A stretch of DNA of 34,014 nucleotides, from the NCBI GenBank assembly GCA_030616835.1, contig JAUWWP010000001.1, forward strand, positions 1 to 34,014, read 5' to 3'. The stretch's first letter is position 1; each line of letters opens with the position of its first letter. The notes under the pieces are model-generated. The model did no database searches, had not been told where the DNA came from, and saw nothing but the letters and a program-made list of their open reading frames with translations. The DNA comes from Deltaproteobacteria bacterium (lineage in GTDB: Bacteria; Desulfobacterota; G020345765). Below, in pieces: positions 16,831-25,071 of the stretch. The position numbers and the translations under genes were made by a program.

Positions 16831-17898
16831 ATGAGGATTGTTTTTTTAACCCCCCGTTTTTATCCCTCCCTGGGTGGGGTAGAAAGGCATGTGTCCGAGG
16901 TAGCGAAAGAACTGGTGAAAAAGAAGCACCAGGTAACTATTATTACCAAAAAGGACTGCACACGATTACCCCTGAAGGAGCTTATTAATGGCTGTCAGCT
17001 TCACCGGTTTTCCTACTCAAGGCTCCTTGGGCTACCTAAAACCAGATTTCTCTCAGTATGGCTGTGGTTTACTAAAAACATAGGTTTAATATTAAGATCG
17101 GATATTATTCACTGCCATGATTACGGCACCTTCTGGTCATGGTACCTTCCTTTTAGATTTATTCTATTCTGGAAACCAGTATTTATAACCTTCCACGGCT
17201 ACGAGGGATTTCCCCTGAAGAAAAAGGCAATAAGGATCAGGAGATGGGTGGAGAGGCTAACCCGGGGAAATATCTGTGCCGGAGATTTTATCCGGAAATG
17301 GTATGGAACCCGGGCAGACTATATAACCTACGGAGGGGTCAGGCCTCCGGAGAAGGAACCAGATCAAAGAGAGGATAAACGGGCGGTTTTCCTCGGGAGA
17401 TTGTCAGGAGACAGTGGAATCAGGCAATATATTACCTGCCTCCAGATATTAAGGGACCGCTATCAGCTCAACATGGAGTTAGATGTCTGCGGTGGAGGCA
17501 CTCTATTTGAAGAGATAAAAGGGAGGGTAGCAGAGCAGGGATTGAAGATTAATCTTCACGGATTTGTTGAGAATACCCAGGATTACCTTAATCAGGCCAG
17601 ATTTGCCTTTGTCTCAGGCTATCTGGGAATACTTGAAGCAATGGTTCATAAAAAATTGGTCTTCAGTGTATACGATAATCCGCTCAAGAGGGATTACCTG
17701 GAGCTGTTTCCGCAGTCAGGGGAGATGATAGTGATTGCGGAGAGCCCGGAGCAGCTTGCCGAAAGGATTGCTTACTACCTTGCTAACCCAGACCAGGAAA
17801 GGGAGAGGGTTACCAAAGCTTACCTCTGGGCCCGGGAGCAGGGCTGGGAGAAGGTGGCTGAACTTTATCTGAAGCTCTGGGGGGAAACTTTAAGATAA
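16831..17898 (+). CDS. glycosyltransferase family 4-like (GT-B)
   Basis: 355 aa. N-terminus MRIVFLTPRFYPSLGGVERHVSEVAKELVKKKHQVTIIT is the typical GT4 N-domain signature. Confidence 0.75.
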   Translation: MRIVFLTPRFYPSLGGVERHVSEVAKELVKKKHQVTIITKKDCTRLPLKELINGCQLHRFSYSRLLGLPKTRFLSVWLWFTKNIGLILRSDIIHCHDYGTFWSWYLPFRFILFWKPVFITFHGYEGFPLKKKAIRIRRWVERLTRGNICAGDFIRKWYGTRADYITYGGVRPPEKEPDQREDKRAVFLGRLSGDSGIRQYITCLQILRDRYQLNMELDVCGGGTLFEEIKGRVAEQGLKINLHGFVENTQDYLNQARFAFVSGYLGILEAMVHKKLVFSVYDNPLKRDYLELFPQSGEMIVIAESPEQLAERIAYYLANPDQERERVTKAYLWAREQGWEKVAELYLKLWGETLR

Positions 17899-17900
17899 AT

Positions 17901-17935
17901 TGCAAAATGCAAATTGCAAAATGTAAAATGCAAAT
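17901..17935. repeat. heptanucleotide tandem repeat (TGCAAAW) x5
   Basis: TGCAAAA TGCAAAT TGCAAAA TGTAAAA TGCAAAT read directly. Followed by the hairpin CCCCGATGGACATCGGGG (17948-17965) and GGATTTG heptamers (17970-17993). Confidence 0.8.
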
Positions 17936-18038
17936 GATTGAATCTTGCCCCGATGGACATCGGGGTGAAGGATTTGGGATTTGATTGATTTGGTATTTTG
18001 CTTCGCTCAACCTTCCCCGGGGGAAAACAGGTATTCTT

Positions 18039-18983
18039 ATGTCTGAATTGCCGGTATCATTTATTACTACCATATTAAATGAGGCTTCGTCCATTCAGGG
18101 ATTTATCGAATCAATCATGGATATGTCGAGGAAGCCCGGTGAGATAGTCATTGTTGATGGAGGATCGAGGGATAGAACGGTTGAGATCGTTCAGGGGTAT
18201 ATTAAGCAGGGTTATCCGATCAGATTATTTCAGCTCGAGGGAAACCGGGCTCAGGGGAGAAATAAGGCGGTAAAAGAGGCATATTATGACCTTATTGCCG
18301 CATCCGATGCGGGCTGCCGGGTAGATAGGGATTGGTTAAAGAATATCATTGAGCCCCTGGAAAAGGATGAGACACTTGATGTCTGTGGGGGATTTTACCT
18401 GCCCGCTCCGGAGAGCAGATTCGAAGAGGCAGCAGGAGCTATTTCCTTGCTTTCCCTGAAGGAGATAGAGCCGGAGAAGTTCTTGCCCTCCACCCGTTCG
18501 GTTGCTTTCCGCAGAAGTGCCTGGGAAAAGGTGAGGGGATTCCCGGAGGAGTTTTCCTATAACGAAGATACGCCTTTTGCCCTGAACCTTCGCCAGGCAG
18601 GGTGCAGATTTAAATTCAGGCCGGAGGCGAAGGTCTTCTGGAGGCCAACCAAAACCATCAGGGGACTCTTTAGGCAATTTTATCGCTATGCCACGGGTGA
18701 CGGAGAAGGGCTGATCAATCCTCAAAGTTACTCCCGACTCTTTGCTAAATACCTGATCGGGCTAATACTAGTGGGATTGGGAGTGATAAATATTTATTTT
18801 CCGGTGCTAACGGTTGCCGGATTTTTTTTCTATCTTGGCAGCGAGCTGTCCAAAAAGAGGGACAAGCTAAAGAGTTTTAGAAGTGGACTCTGGTTTTTAC
18901 TGCTCCGGGTAGTAGTTGATCTGGCGAATATTGCCGGATACTGCCGGGGATTAGCGAGAAGAAGAGGGGTGAGTAGGGGTTAA
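18039..18983 (+). CDS. glycosyltransferase family 2-like (GT-A) with C-terminal TM helices
   Basis: VSFITTILNEASSIQGFIESI...IVIVDGGSRDRT...AASDAGC is GT2-like. The listed ORF starts at a TTG (17985); the first ATG is 18039. The stop codon lies inside the left arm of the downstream TIR element. Confidence 0.7.
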   Translation: MSELPVSFITTILNEASSIQGFIESIMDMSRKPGEIVIVDGGSRDRTVEIVQGYIKQGYPIRLFQLEGNRAQGRNKAVKEAYYDLIAASDAGCRVDRDWLKNIIEPLEKDETLDVCGGFYLPAPESRFEEAAGAISLLSLKEIEPEKFLPSTRSVAFRRSAWEKVRGFPEEFSYNEDTPFALNLRQAGCRFKFRPEAKVFWRPTKTIRGLFRQFYRYATGDGEGLINPQSYSRLFAKYLIGLILVGLGVINIYFPVLTVAGFFFYLGSELSKKRDKLKSFRSGLWFLLLRVVVDLANIAGYCRGLARRRGVSRG

Positions 18984-19087
18984 CCCCGTTAGAAGCTCAT
19001 CGCCCTTAAGAGATTCACTCCGTTAGACAAATTATCTTACGGGGTTCATCCCCGTGGCAAGCCGCGGGGCTTTCTAACGGGGTTAAC
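18979..19087. repeat. MITE-like element with perfect 16-bp terminal inverted repeats
   Basis: GTTAACCCCGTTAGAA (18979-18994) pairs with TTCTAACGGGGTTAAC (19072-19087). Internal hairpin CCCCGTGGC-AA-GCCGCGGGG. Fills nearly the whole GT2-GT1 spacer. Confidence 0.7.
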
Positions 19088-19097
19088 GATTAAGAAG

Positions 19098-20192
19098 ATG
19101 AGGATTTTGTTTCAATCACGAGAGGATCTCTTCCGCAGTCCCGGCGGGGATACGATTCAGCTTCTCAAAACCAAAGAGTACTTAGAAAAACTGGGACTTA
19201 CCATTGATATCTCCCTAAATGCGGAGGAAAGCCTTCAGGGATATGATCTGATCCATCTGTTTAATAACTCAAGGGTATATCAACATTTGAAGAATGCCAA
19301 AGAGAGGGGCAAGGTAGTAGCACTTTCTCCTATCTACTGGGATGTGGGTGAGATGAACAAGGAAAGGTTTGCGGGGAGCACTGTCAGGAGATGGGTAAAG
19401 GGGCTACTGAGCCGAAACAATTTCTTTTCGGCTAAGTTATATGCTTATCTTCTGCGGAAGGGGAAGATTAGTGAAGGATACCGGGAGGCTGATCTGATAG
19501 AAAAACAGAGATATGTGCTAAAAAACGCTGATCTTTTGCTGCCTAACTCGACGGCAGAGATGGATCTGATCCGGAAGAATTTTCTCCTTCCTGTTAGCTA
19601 TCGGATTATTCCTAATGCGGTTGATCCAATCTTCCGGGATGCCAAGCCCGATCACTTTATTTCAAGCTACCGAGTTCGCGACTTTATTCTTTGTGTGGGA
19701 AGGATTGAGTTTCGCAAAAATCAACTAAGGCTGCTCCAGGCCCTCCGGGGTATCTCTACCCCAATAGTATTCATTGGGCATCACTCTGACCGGAGTTATT
19801 ATAATCGCTGCCGGAGTGTTGCCGGAGAGAAGAGGCTATTTTTGGAAGGGGTCCAGCAGAGAGATCTTCTCCCGGTCTATGCCGCTGCCAGGGTATATGC
19901 TCAGCCGAGCTGGTTTGAGACCCCGGGGCTGTCCTGCCTGGAGGCAGCGGCGGCGGGCTGTAGCCTGGTGGTAACCAGCAGGGGCTCTACCCGGGAGTAT
20001 TTCGGTGAGTATGCTTGGTACTGTGATCCCGGTGATCCGGACTCAATCCGGGAGGCAGTGCTGGGGGCTTTGAATAAACCAAAAGATAAGGGGCTTTCGG
20101 ATTACATCCTGCAGAACTACACCTGGGAGTCGGCCGCAAAAAAAACACTATCGGCCTATGAGCTCTGTCTGGATAAAGCGAGAAAAGGTTAA
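19098..20192 (+). CDS. glycosyltransferase family 1/4-like (GT-B)
   Basis: 364 aa starting MRILFQS.... C-terminal SWFETPGLSCLEAAAAGCSLVVTSRGSTREYF resembles the Glycos_transf_1 E-x7-E region. Confidence 0.75.
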   Translation: MRILFQSREDLFRSPGGDTIQLLKTKEYLEKLGLTIDISLNAEESLQGYDLIHLFNNSRVYQHLKNAKERGKVVALSPIYWDVGEMNKERFAGSTVRRWVKGLLSRNNFFSAKLYAYLLRKGKISEGYREADLIEKQRYVLKNADLLLPNSTAEMDLIRKNFLLPVSYRIIPNAVDPIFRDAKPDHFISSYRVRDFILCVGRIEFRKNQLRLLQALRGISTPIVFIGHHSDRSYYNRCRSVAGEKRLFLEGVQQRDLLPVYAAARVYAQPSWFETPGLSCLEAAAAGCSLVVTSRGSTREYFGEYAWYCDPGDPDSIREAVLGALNKPKDKGLSDYILQNYTWESAAKKTLSAYELCLDKARKG

Positions 20193-20297
20193 AAAAAGCG
20201 GTGGTAACCTTTCAGTGGTTGATGAAACTCTGTAAGATACTTGTCCTGAGCCTCTCGAAGGAAATGCAAATGATTGAATTGGGATTTGACCATTATT

Positions 20298-21878
20298 CTA
20301 TAGCTTAAACTTTATCTTTACCGTAGCCCTCTCTAATAAATCATCGGATTCATCGTCCTTAAATTTCCAGCTTAACTCGAACGGCCCGTAGATAACTGCT
20401 ATTGAATCAAGGCCAAAGGGCTCAGAGAGAGAGCTTTTCCCCTCCTGAATATCGCTTACCGCTATGGGAATAGAGTAAATATTGAGAAACTGATGGATTG
20501 GCAAAACCCAGTTAATATCTAAACGAAGATTATCGGCGAGGAGAAGCCTTCTTCCGAGGGCCTCGATCATCTCCCGGATCCGCTCGATTCTATCAAAGAT
20601 GAAATAGATATCACTTATCCCTCGCTTTTCAACCAATCTTTCGAGATAAAGGTAGGGTCCGCTACTGACCGGCCGGGCTTTCCCTCTTTTTAAAGCCTGC
20701 TTGATCCCCTCCAGAGAGAGATCGTCAGTTTCCACTATGGTATAGCCCAGCCAACCGGTCAGGTTATTCACGTGGCTATTACCACCAAAAACGATGCTCT
20801 TTCTTTTTACCCTTGCATCCCTCATCATTCTTCGGGCCCGGTAGACCTGATAGGGCCCGATATCCGAGGCATCGGCAGCCTCGATCCAATCAAAATCCAG
20901 GTCAAGAGCAGCGTGGTATCCAATGGCGGTCCCCATTTTTACCGGATGGGCAGCTATGGCAATTCCTCCCTGGGCATGGATCTGCCTGATAGTTTCTTTT
21001 ACCGTCATATTCCTGGGGATAGATCTCGTAGTAAAAAGGGCAATGACATAATACCCTTCAATGGTGGTAATTTCCTGGCCGGGTATGATAAAAAAATCCT
21101 CCCCGATCTCACCGTTGGCTTTTAACTGCTTACAGACTGCCTGAGCCGTGGCAACTCCGTCAAACCTGTTGTGGTCAGTCATGGCAATCGCATTGAACCC
21201 TTTGGCATAGGCCTGCTTTATTTTGTGCTTCATGGTACTGACTGAATCATGTGACTGGAGTGAATGGTTATGGGGATCGATGACTAATTCTCCTTCCCTT
21301 GTTACAATCTTTTTTGAGTTTATAAACCTGAGGGCAGTATTTACGGCAACATCCTGCTCCAGGCACCATCCCGGAGCAGTCCCGAGCAAAAGGACATCCT
21401 TGATTCCGGCATAACCCAGGGACATTTCCAGTCCAACCACGGAGGCCTTCCGGATGACTGCCAGGGGGGCATCTTCCGACATTTGCTCCACTTCCTCCAG
21501 GATATCGTCCACCCCAGCCCTTTGTCCGTCATCAAGGATCAGTTGATAGCCAAATTGCTCAAAATCAAGGGCATCGTATTGATAATACCTTATTTGTTTG
21601 TCATCAAGGGTCATTTGATAGCCAAATTGTTCAAAATGAAAGATGTCGTATTGATAATACCTTATCAGCCAGGCATCATTCTCAGGTGGCTGGTTAACCT
21701 TCTCCATCACCCGCTCGAGCCCTCCGTAGGGGCCTTCAAAGATCCGGGGACTATCATTGACCTGGCTCTGATCGTAGCTCCTAACCGGATCCTGGGCGCC
21801 GAGAGCTTCCCCGGTTATAAATAATGATAAACCGAAGCAAATGATCCCGGCAGACTTGAGGTGGCATATTATCTTCAT
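20298..21878 (-). CDS. secreted PHP-domain metal-dependent phosphoesterase with an N-terminal tandem repeat
   Basis: 526 aa. Signal peptide MKIICHLKSAGIICFGLSLFITGEALG|AQ. PHP motifs IDPHNHS, AMTDHN, PGQEIT and AAHP. AAGGAG lies 10 nt upstream of the ATG. Confidence 0.7.
   Translation of the reverse strand: MKIICHLKSAGIICFGLSLFITGEALGAQDPVRSYDQSQVNDSPRIFEGPYGGLERVMEKVNQPPENDAWLIRYYQYDIFHFEQFGYQMTLDDKQIRYYQYDALDFEQFGYQLILDDGQRAGVDDILEEVEQMSEDAPLAVIRKASVVGLEMSLGYAGIKDVLLLGTAPGWCLEQDVAVNTALRFINSKKIVTREGELVIDPHNHSLQSHDSVSTMKHKIKQAYAKGFNAIAMTDHNRFDGVATAQAVCKQLKANGEIGEDFFIIPGQEITTIEGYYVIALFTTRSIPRNMTVKETIRQIHAQGGIAIAAHPVKMGTAIGYHAALDLDFDWIEAADASDIGPYQVYRARRMMRDARVKRKSIVFGGNSHVNNLTGWLGYTIVETDDLSLEGIKQALKRGKARPVSSGPYLYLERLVEKRGISDIYFIFDRIERIREMIEALGRRLLLADNLRLDINWVLPIHQFLNIYSIPIAVSDIQEGKSSLSEPFGLDSIAVIYGPFELSWKFKDDESDDLLERATVKIKFKL
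21522..21665 (-). repeat. in-frame 72-bp tandem duplication (2 x 24 aa) inside the PHP gene
   Basis: IRYYQYDIFHFEQFGYQMTLDDKQ followed by IRYYQYDALDFEQFGYQLILDDGQ (residues 72-95 and 96-119). Confidence 0.85.
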
Positions 21879-22093
21879 CCCGTTAGAGCTCCTTCATTCG
21901 GTCTACCGGGATTTCGTTCCCTATATTATTATGTTGGGTAGGCATTTTCAACAACCTCCTTTCGATTGCTTAATGTCACTAAATCCCCCCTCCCCCCCTT
22001 TGAAAAAGGGGGGTTAGGGGGGATTTCCATAATCAGAAATCTCCCATCAGCCCCCGATTTGTCCTGAGCCTGTCGAAGGAAAGGTCTAACGGG
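21879..22093. repeat. composite intergenic repeat block bounded by CCCGTTAGAG / GTCTAACGGG
   Basis: The termini pair at 9 of 10 positions. Contains the 46-bp palindrome AAATCCCCCCTCCCCCCCTTTGAAAAAGGGGGGTTAGGGGGGATTT (21981-22026) and the TGTCCTGAGCCTGTCGAAGGA motif, which also occurs near 20240 and 24907. Confidence 0.6.
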
Positions 22094-22120
22094 ATTCATC
22101 TTCCCCGAGTCGAAAGGGTC

Positions 22121-23521
22121 TCAATCCACAGTTAACGAGGTCTTCATCGGGGTACAGCCCGGGATGTTCTTATTAGCCATTTCCCGCAGGTAATCCGGGA
22201 TAACTCCTTTGGCGTCTTTTAAGGCCAGCTTTGCCATCTTCTGACATATATCGGGTAGATCCGCGGCGATATTGTGCTTAAGTTGCGGATCGGTCTCCAG
22301 GTCAAAGAGGAGGGGGCGCTCACCCCAGAGATAGGCGTTGTACCAGTATTTTCTGTCCCGCACCATAACGAACGGTCCCCAGCCAGTGGTAATGTGACCG
22401 TAGTAGACCAGGTCCTCAGTGACAAGGGGCTTAAGATCCCGGCCTTCCATGGATTTCGGTGGATCAATATCCAGAGCCCTGAGGATCGTCACCGGGATAT
22501 CGTGGTGGTATGCAAGTTTGTCGCAGACAGTGCCGGCATCAGTGCCGTCCGGGAAGCGGATCATCATTACCAGGTCGGCTACCTCCCGGCACATTGGATA
22601 GCCCTGCTTGGAGACCAGCCCCTGCTCCCCAAGGCAGTGTCCGTGATCAGATACCACAATCAAGATAGTGCTGTCCATCAGGTTCAGGCGGCGCATGGTC
22701 TGGAGGAAATGGCCCAACCATCGATCCGTCATGGTTACCTCGCCGGCATAGTTGGCCCGGAGTCTCTTTAACTCCCTCGGCGTGAGTCGGTTGGCTGATC
22801 CATACAGGGAGGTGATCACATCCCGCACATTATCATCGTCGTCATACAGCCGGCGGTAATGTGTCGGTGGGTCCCAGGGCTCATGTGGATCAAAACACTC
22901 CACCGTCAGGAAGAACTGGTCGCTATCCTGGTTCTGCTCCAGCCAGGTGGCAGCGGTGCGAAACACCTGGGGGGCAAAGTAGTCTTCCTCACTACTGCGT
23001 TGCTGGACATTGGTCAGATAATAGCGCAGAAAAAACTGGATAAACTCTGGATTTCGGATATTCTCGGGCAAGTGTCTCTGGATCTCTTCCTCGCTAACCT
23101 GGGGACCAGAGCGGTAAGGGTCCAATTCCTGTCCCCGGATCCAGGTCCACTGGGAGAATCCGCGGTGAAAATTCTTGGAAGGCTTAAATTGATGATACAC
23201 ATCGCTGACCAGACCGGTTCGATAGTTATTTAAGGCGAGAATTTCGGCGAGGCAATCACGATCCTCCTGCATCGGTTCCCAGCCGGGGGCACCGATAAAA
23301 TCGCCTCGGTAGGTATGATAATCCTCAAAGGGAAAGATCCGGCATCCGGTATAGATCGCCCGGCGGGCAGGGAGGGTAGGCAGCGATTCCGGATAGGTAT
23401 GGGTGAAGAGAACGCTTTCTTTAGCCAGAGCATCAAGGTTGGGTGTCTTGATCCACTTATTCCCGTAACAGCCCACATGGTCAGGGCGCAAGGAGTCCAC
23501 GATAATCAGCACTGCATTCAT
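22121..23521 (-). CDS. sulfatase-fold (alkaline-phosphatase superfamily) enzyme, Thr at the formylglycine position, no signal peptide
   Basis: 466 aa. MNAVLIIVDSLRPDHVGCYG, TPNLDALAKE, PESLPTLPARRAIYTG (TLPAR in place of C-x-P-x-R), VVSDHGHCLGEQG and LLFDLETDPQLKHN. Confidence 0.8.
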   Translation of the reverse strand: MNAVLIIVDSLRPDHVGCYGNKWIKTPNLDALAKESVLFTHTYPESLPTLPARRAIYTGCRIFPFEDYHTYRGDFIGAPGWEPMQEDRDCLAEILALNNYRTGLVSDVYHQFKPSKNFHRGFSQWTWIRGQELDPYRSGPQVSEEEIQRHLPENIRNPEFIQFFLRYYLTNVQQRSSEEDYFAPQVFRTAATWLEQNQDSDQFFLTVECFDPHEPWDPPTHYRRLYDDDDNVRDVITSLYGSANRLTPRELKRLRANYAGEVTMTDRWLGHFLQTMRRLNLMDSTILIVVSDHGHCLGEQGLVSKQGYPMCREVADLVMMIRFPDGTDAGTVCDKLAYHHDIPVTILRALDIDPPKSMEGRDLKPLVTEDLVYYGHITTGWGPFVMVRDRKYWYNAYLWGERPLLFDLETDPQLKHNIAADLPDICQKMAKLALKDAKGVIPDYLREMANKNIPGCTPMKTSLTVD

Positions 23522-23629
23522 AAAGTACCTCCTAATGCGTGAGTAGGTTGTTGAAGTGGGGGAAATAAATTGCCTGTGAAAGAAATGTGGATATTTTGAG
23601 CCCGAAAAAATTTTGAACTTCTCCAGGGC

Positions 23630-24085
23630 TTAGAAAAGATCGTCCAGAATCAAAATCTTTAGTGCCTCAACCTTTTCAAACCTTCTATCGTTGGTAACGA
23701 AGCCCTTTGCCTTAACTACTATTGCGGTGGCCACCTGGATAGCATCAGGGATTCTCAGGTTATATCTTGCCCTTATCACAGCAGTGGATTCAGCTACCTC
23801 TTCGTCCAAAGACCTTATGATCAGATTTGGAAAATTCTTGAGCAAAAACTTATAGTCCTTTATTAAATCCTCTCTTCTTTCCCTTTTGGGTTTTATCAAG
23901 AGTTCTATTAAGGTCAAAATCGAAGTTACCCCTTTAAACTTATTCTGTTCCACCAAGTATAGAAGAGGTTTGGTCAAAGGGAGATATTTTTTATTTCCTT
24001 CGATGTGATAAATAAATATCATTGAATCTATGCCTACAATAGCTCCCTCGAACTCTTTTAATAGAATCCGCTCTATTCCTTCCAT
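23630..24085 (-). CDS. vapC: PIN-domain toxin VapC (type II TA)
   Basis: 151 aa with the conserved acidic positions IVGIDSMIF, TLIELL, IPDAIQVATA and FVTNDRRF. Overlaps the upstream antitoxin gene by 13 nt. Confidence 0.85.
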   Translation of the reverse strand: MEGIERILLKEFEGAIVGIDSMIFIYHIEGNKKYLPLTKPLLYLVEQNKFKGVTSILTLIELLIKPKRERREDLIKDYKFLLKNFPNLIIRSLDEEVAESTAVIRARYNLRIPDAIQVATAIVVKAKGFVTNDRRFEKVEALKILILDDLF

Positions 24086-24309
24086 GACTCCCTCTCCTTA
24101 TCTACATATTCCCTGGCATCCATATCTTCCCAGATTTCCTTTCCCAGGCCACAGAGGGCATCGGCAAAACTCTTTAGGGGTTCAAGGATGAGCCTTCCTT
24201 CTTCCACCTCTACTTTTAACTGTGTTCCAGGCTTTAATTTAAGGGAACCTCTGATCTCTTTGGGAATTACAATCTGACCCTTGCTACTCAATCTTACCTT
24301 ATTAATCAT
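24073..24309 (-). CDS. vapB: AbrB/SpoVT-MazE-fold antitoxin VapB
   Basis: 78 aa. MINKVRLSSKGQIVIPKEIRGSLKLKPGTQLKVEVEEGRLILEP is the swapped-hairpin AbrB signature. AGGAGG lies 7 nt upstream of the ATG. Confidence 0.85.
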   Translation of the reverse strand: MINKVRLSSKGQIVIPKEIRGSLKLKPGTQLKVEVEEGRLILEPLKSFADALCGLGKEIWEDMDAREYVDKERESWKE

Positions 24310-24348
24310 ACTTACCTCCTAATTTAATCTTACCTAAAATCTTGTCTT

Positions 24349-24377
24349 ACTATAACATTCTGTAAGAAAAATGTCAA
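24349..24377 (-). promoter_or_regulatory. sigma70-type promoter of vapBC with an overlapping inverted repeat
   Basis: Minus strand reads TTGACA (24377-24372), 17 nt, TATAGT (24354-24349). The inverted repeat TCTTAC-N11-GTAAGA (24345-24367) spans the -10. Confidence 0.5.
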
Positions 24378-24416
24378 GGAAAACCTTTATTGGAGTTTCC
24401 TTAAAAATCCTTCATT

Positions 24417-24564
24417 GTAGGGCGGGCTTCCAGCCCGCCATTATGTCGGGCAAGATGCCCGACCTACTATAACTGGATAGCCGGGGCTTTCGAACCCCGG
24501 TATTTAGACTTTATACAAATCGCCTTATTCCGCCTTAGGCGGAATGGAAAGCCCCGCCTATCCA
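24417..24564. repeat. cluster of GC-rich palindromic repeat units
   Basis: Hairpins GGCGGGC-TTCCA-GCCCGCC (24421-24439) and GTCGGGC-AAGAT-GCCCGAC (24445-24463). Then a ~90-bp unit with outer arms GGATAGCCGGGGCTTT (24475-24490) and AAAGCCCCGCCTATCC (24548-24563), and inner hairpin ATTCCGCCTTAGGCGGAAT. Confidence 0.7.
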
Positions 24565-24804
24565 CTGTTTTAGTGGGCTTTACCACTTTTGTTCCTGAAA
24601 AGCTCAGGAAATCTTTTACTATTGCAGAAAAGAACGCCATTTTCATTTCTCAAATTTCATTTCTTTAATTATTTCATATTGTTATATCATTTGGAAAGGT
24701 AAAACTCAGGAAACCCTTACAGGAATGCAATTCGGATATAAGATACCTGCTTTCTCACAGGGGAAGGTTGAACGAAGAAAAATACTAAGGGCTGCTTCGC
24801 CGTG

Positions 24805-24835
24805 CCTACTTCGCCGTAGTGGCTACGAAGGCTGA
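24805..24835. repeat. 31-bp repeat, exact inverted copy of 30043-30073
   Basis: CCTACTTCGCCGTAGTGGCTACGAAGGCTGA is the exact reverse complement of TCAGCCTTCGTAGCCACTACGGCGAAGTAGG at 30043-30073. A related degenerate copy lies near 28677-28700. Confidence 0.8.
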
Positions 24836-24962
24836 ACGGCTGGCCGATTTCCTGAATCTTCGAGACGCCCCGATGCCCATTGGGGCTCCTCAGGGTTGCG
24901 GAAATGGACCATGTCCTGAGTTTATCGAAGGGGGCCGGCCAGCCTCCTCAGGATTTCGGTTT

Positions 24963-24998
24963 CTTCGTGTAATTCGTGAAATTTGTGGCTCAAATCCC
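24963..24998 (+). repeat. nonamer-triplet element (WTTCGTNNN)x3 + TCAAATCC, copy 1
   Basis: CTTCGTGTA ATTCGTGAA ATTTGTGGC TCAAATCCC, followed by a 15-mer tandem ATTCAYCCRTTCACS x2 (24999-25028). Confidence 0.7.
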
Positions 24999-25071
24999 AT
25001 TCATCCGTTCACGATTCACCCATTCACCAAATGCCAATTCATCTTTTGCAATTCGCCTTCAGGCGGATCGG

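Noticed and set aside
18979-19087. Integron attC-like cores (GTTAGAC/GTTAGAA and GTCTAAC/TTCTAAC; also at 7326, 21882 and 22085)
   Set aside because: The order is GTT... then ...AAC, the opposite of the R''(RYYYAAC)...R'(GTTRRRY) order in attC. The element sits inside a biosynthetic operon. No intI integrase or attI is in the window.
20298-21878. PHP domain as part of a DNA polymerase (Pol III alpha or Pol X)
   Set aside because: The protein has a cleavable signal peptide, is only 526 aa, and has no polymerase palm/fingers or OB region.
22219-23542. Multiple 60-165-aa ORFs on both strands within 22.2-23.5 kb, and similar ones at 26452-27236, 25298-25654 and 20772-21824
   Set aside because: All lie nested in or antisense to the sulfatase-fold, thiolase, DUF35 and PHP genes, which have clear family motifs. 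They are shadow ORFs.
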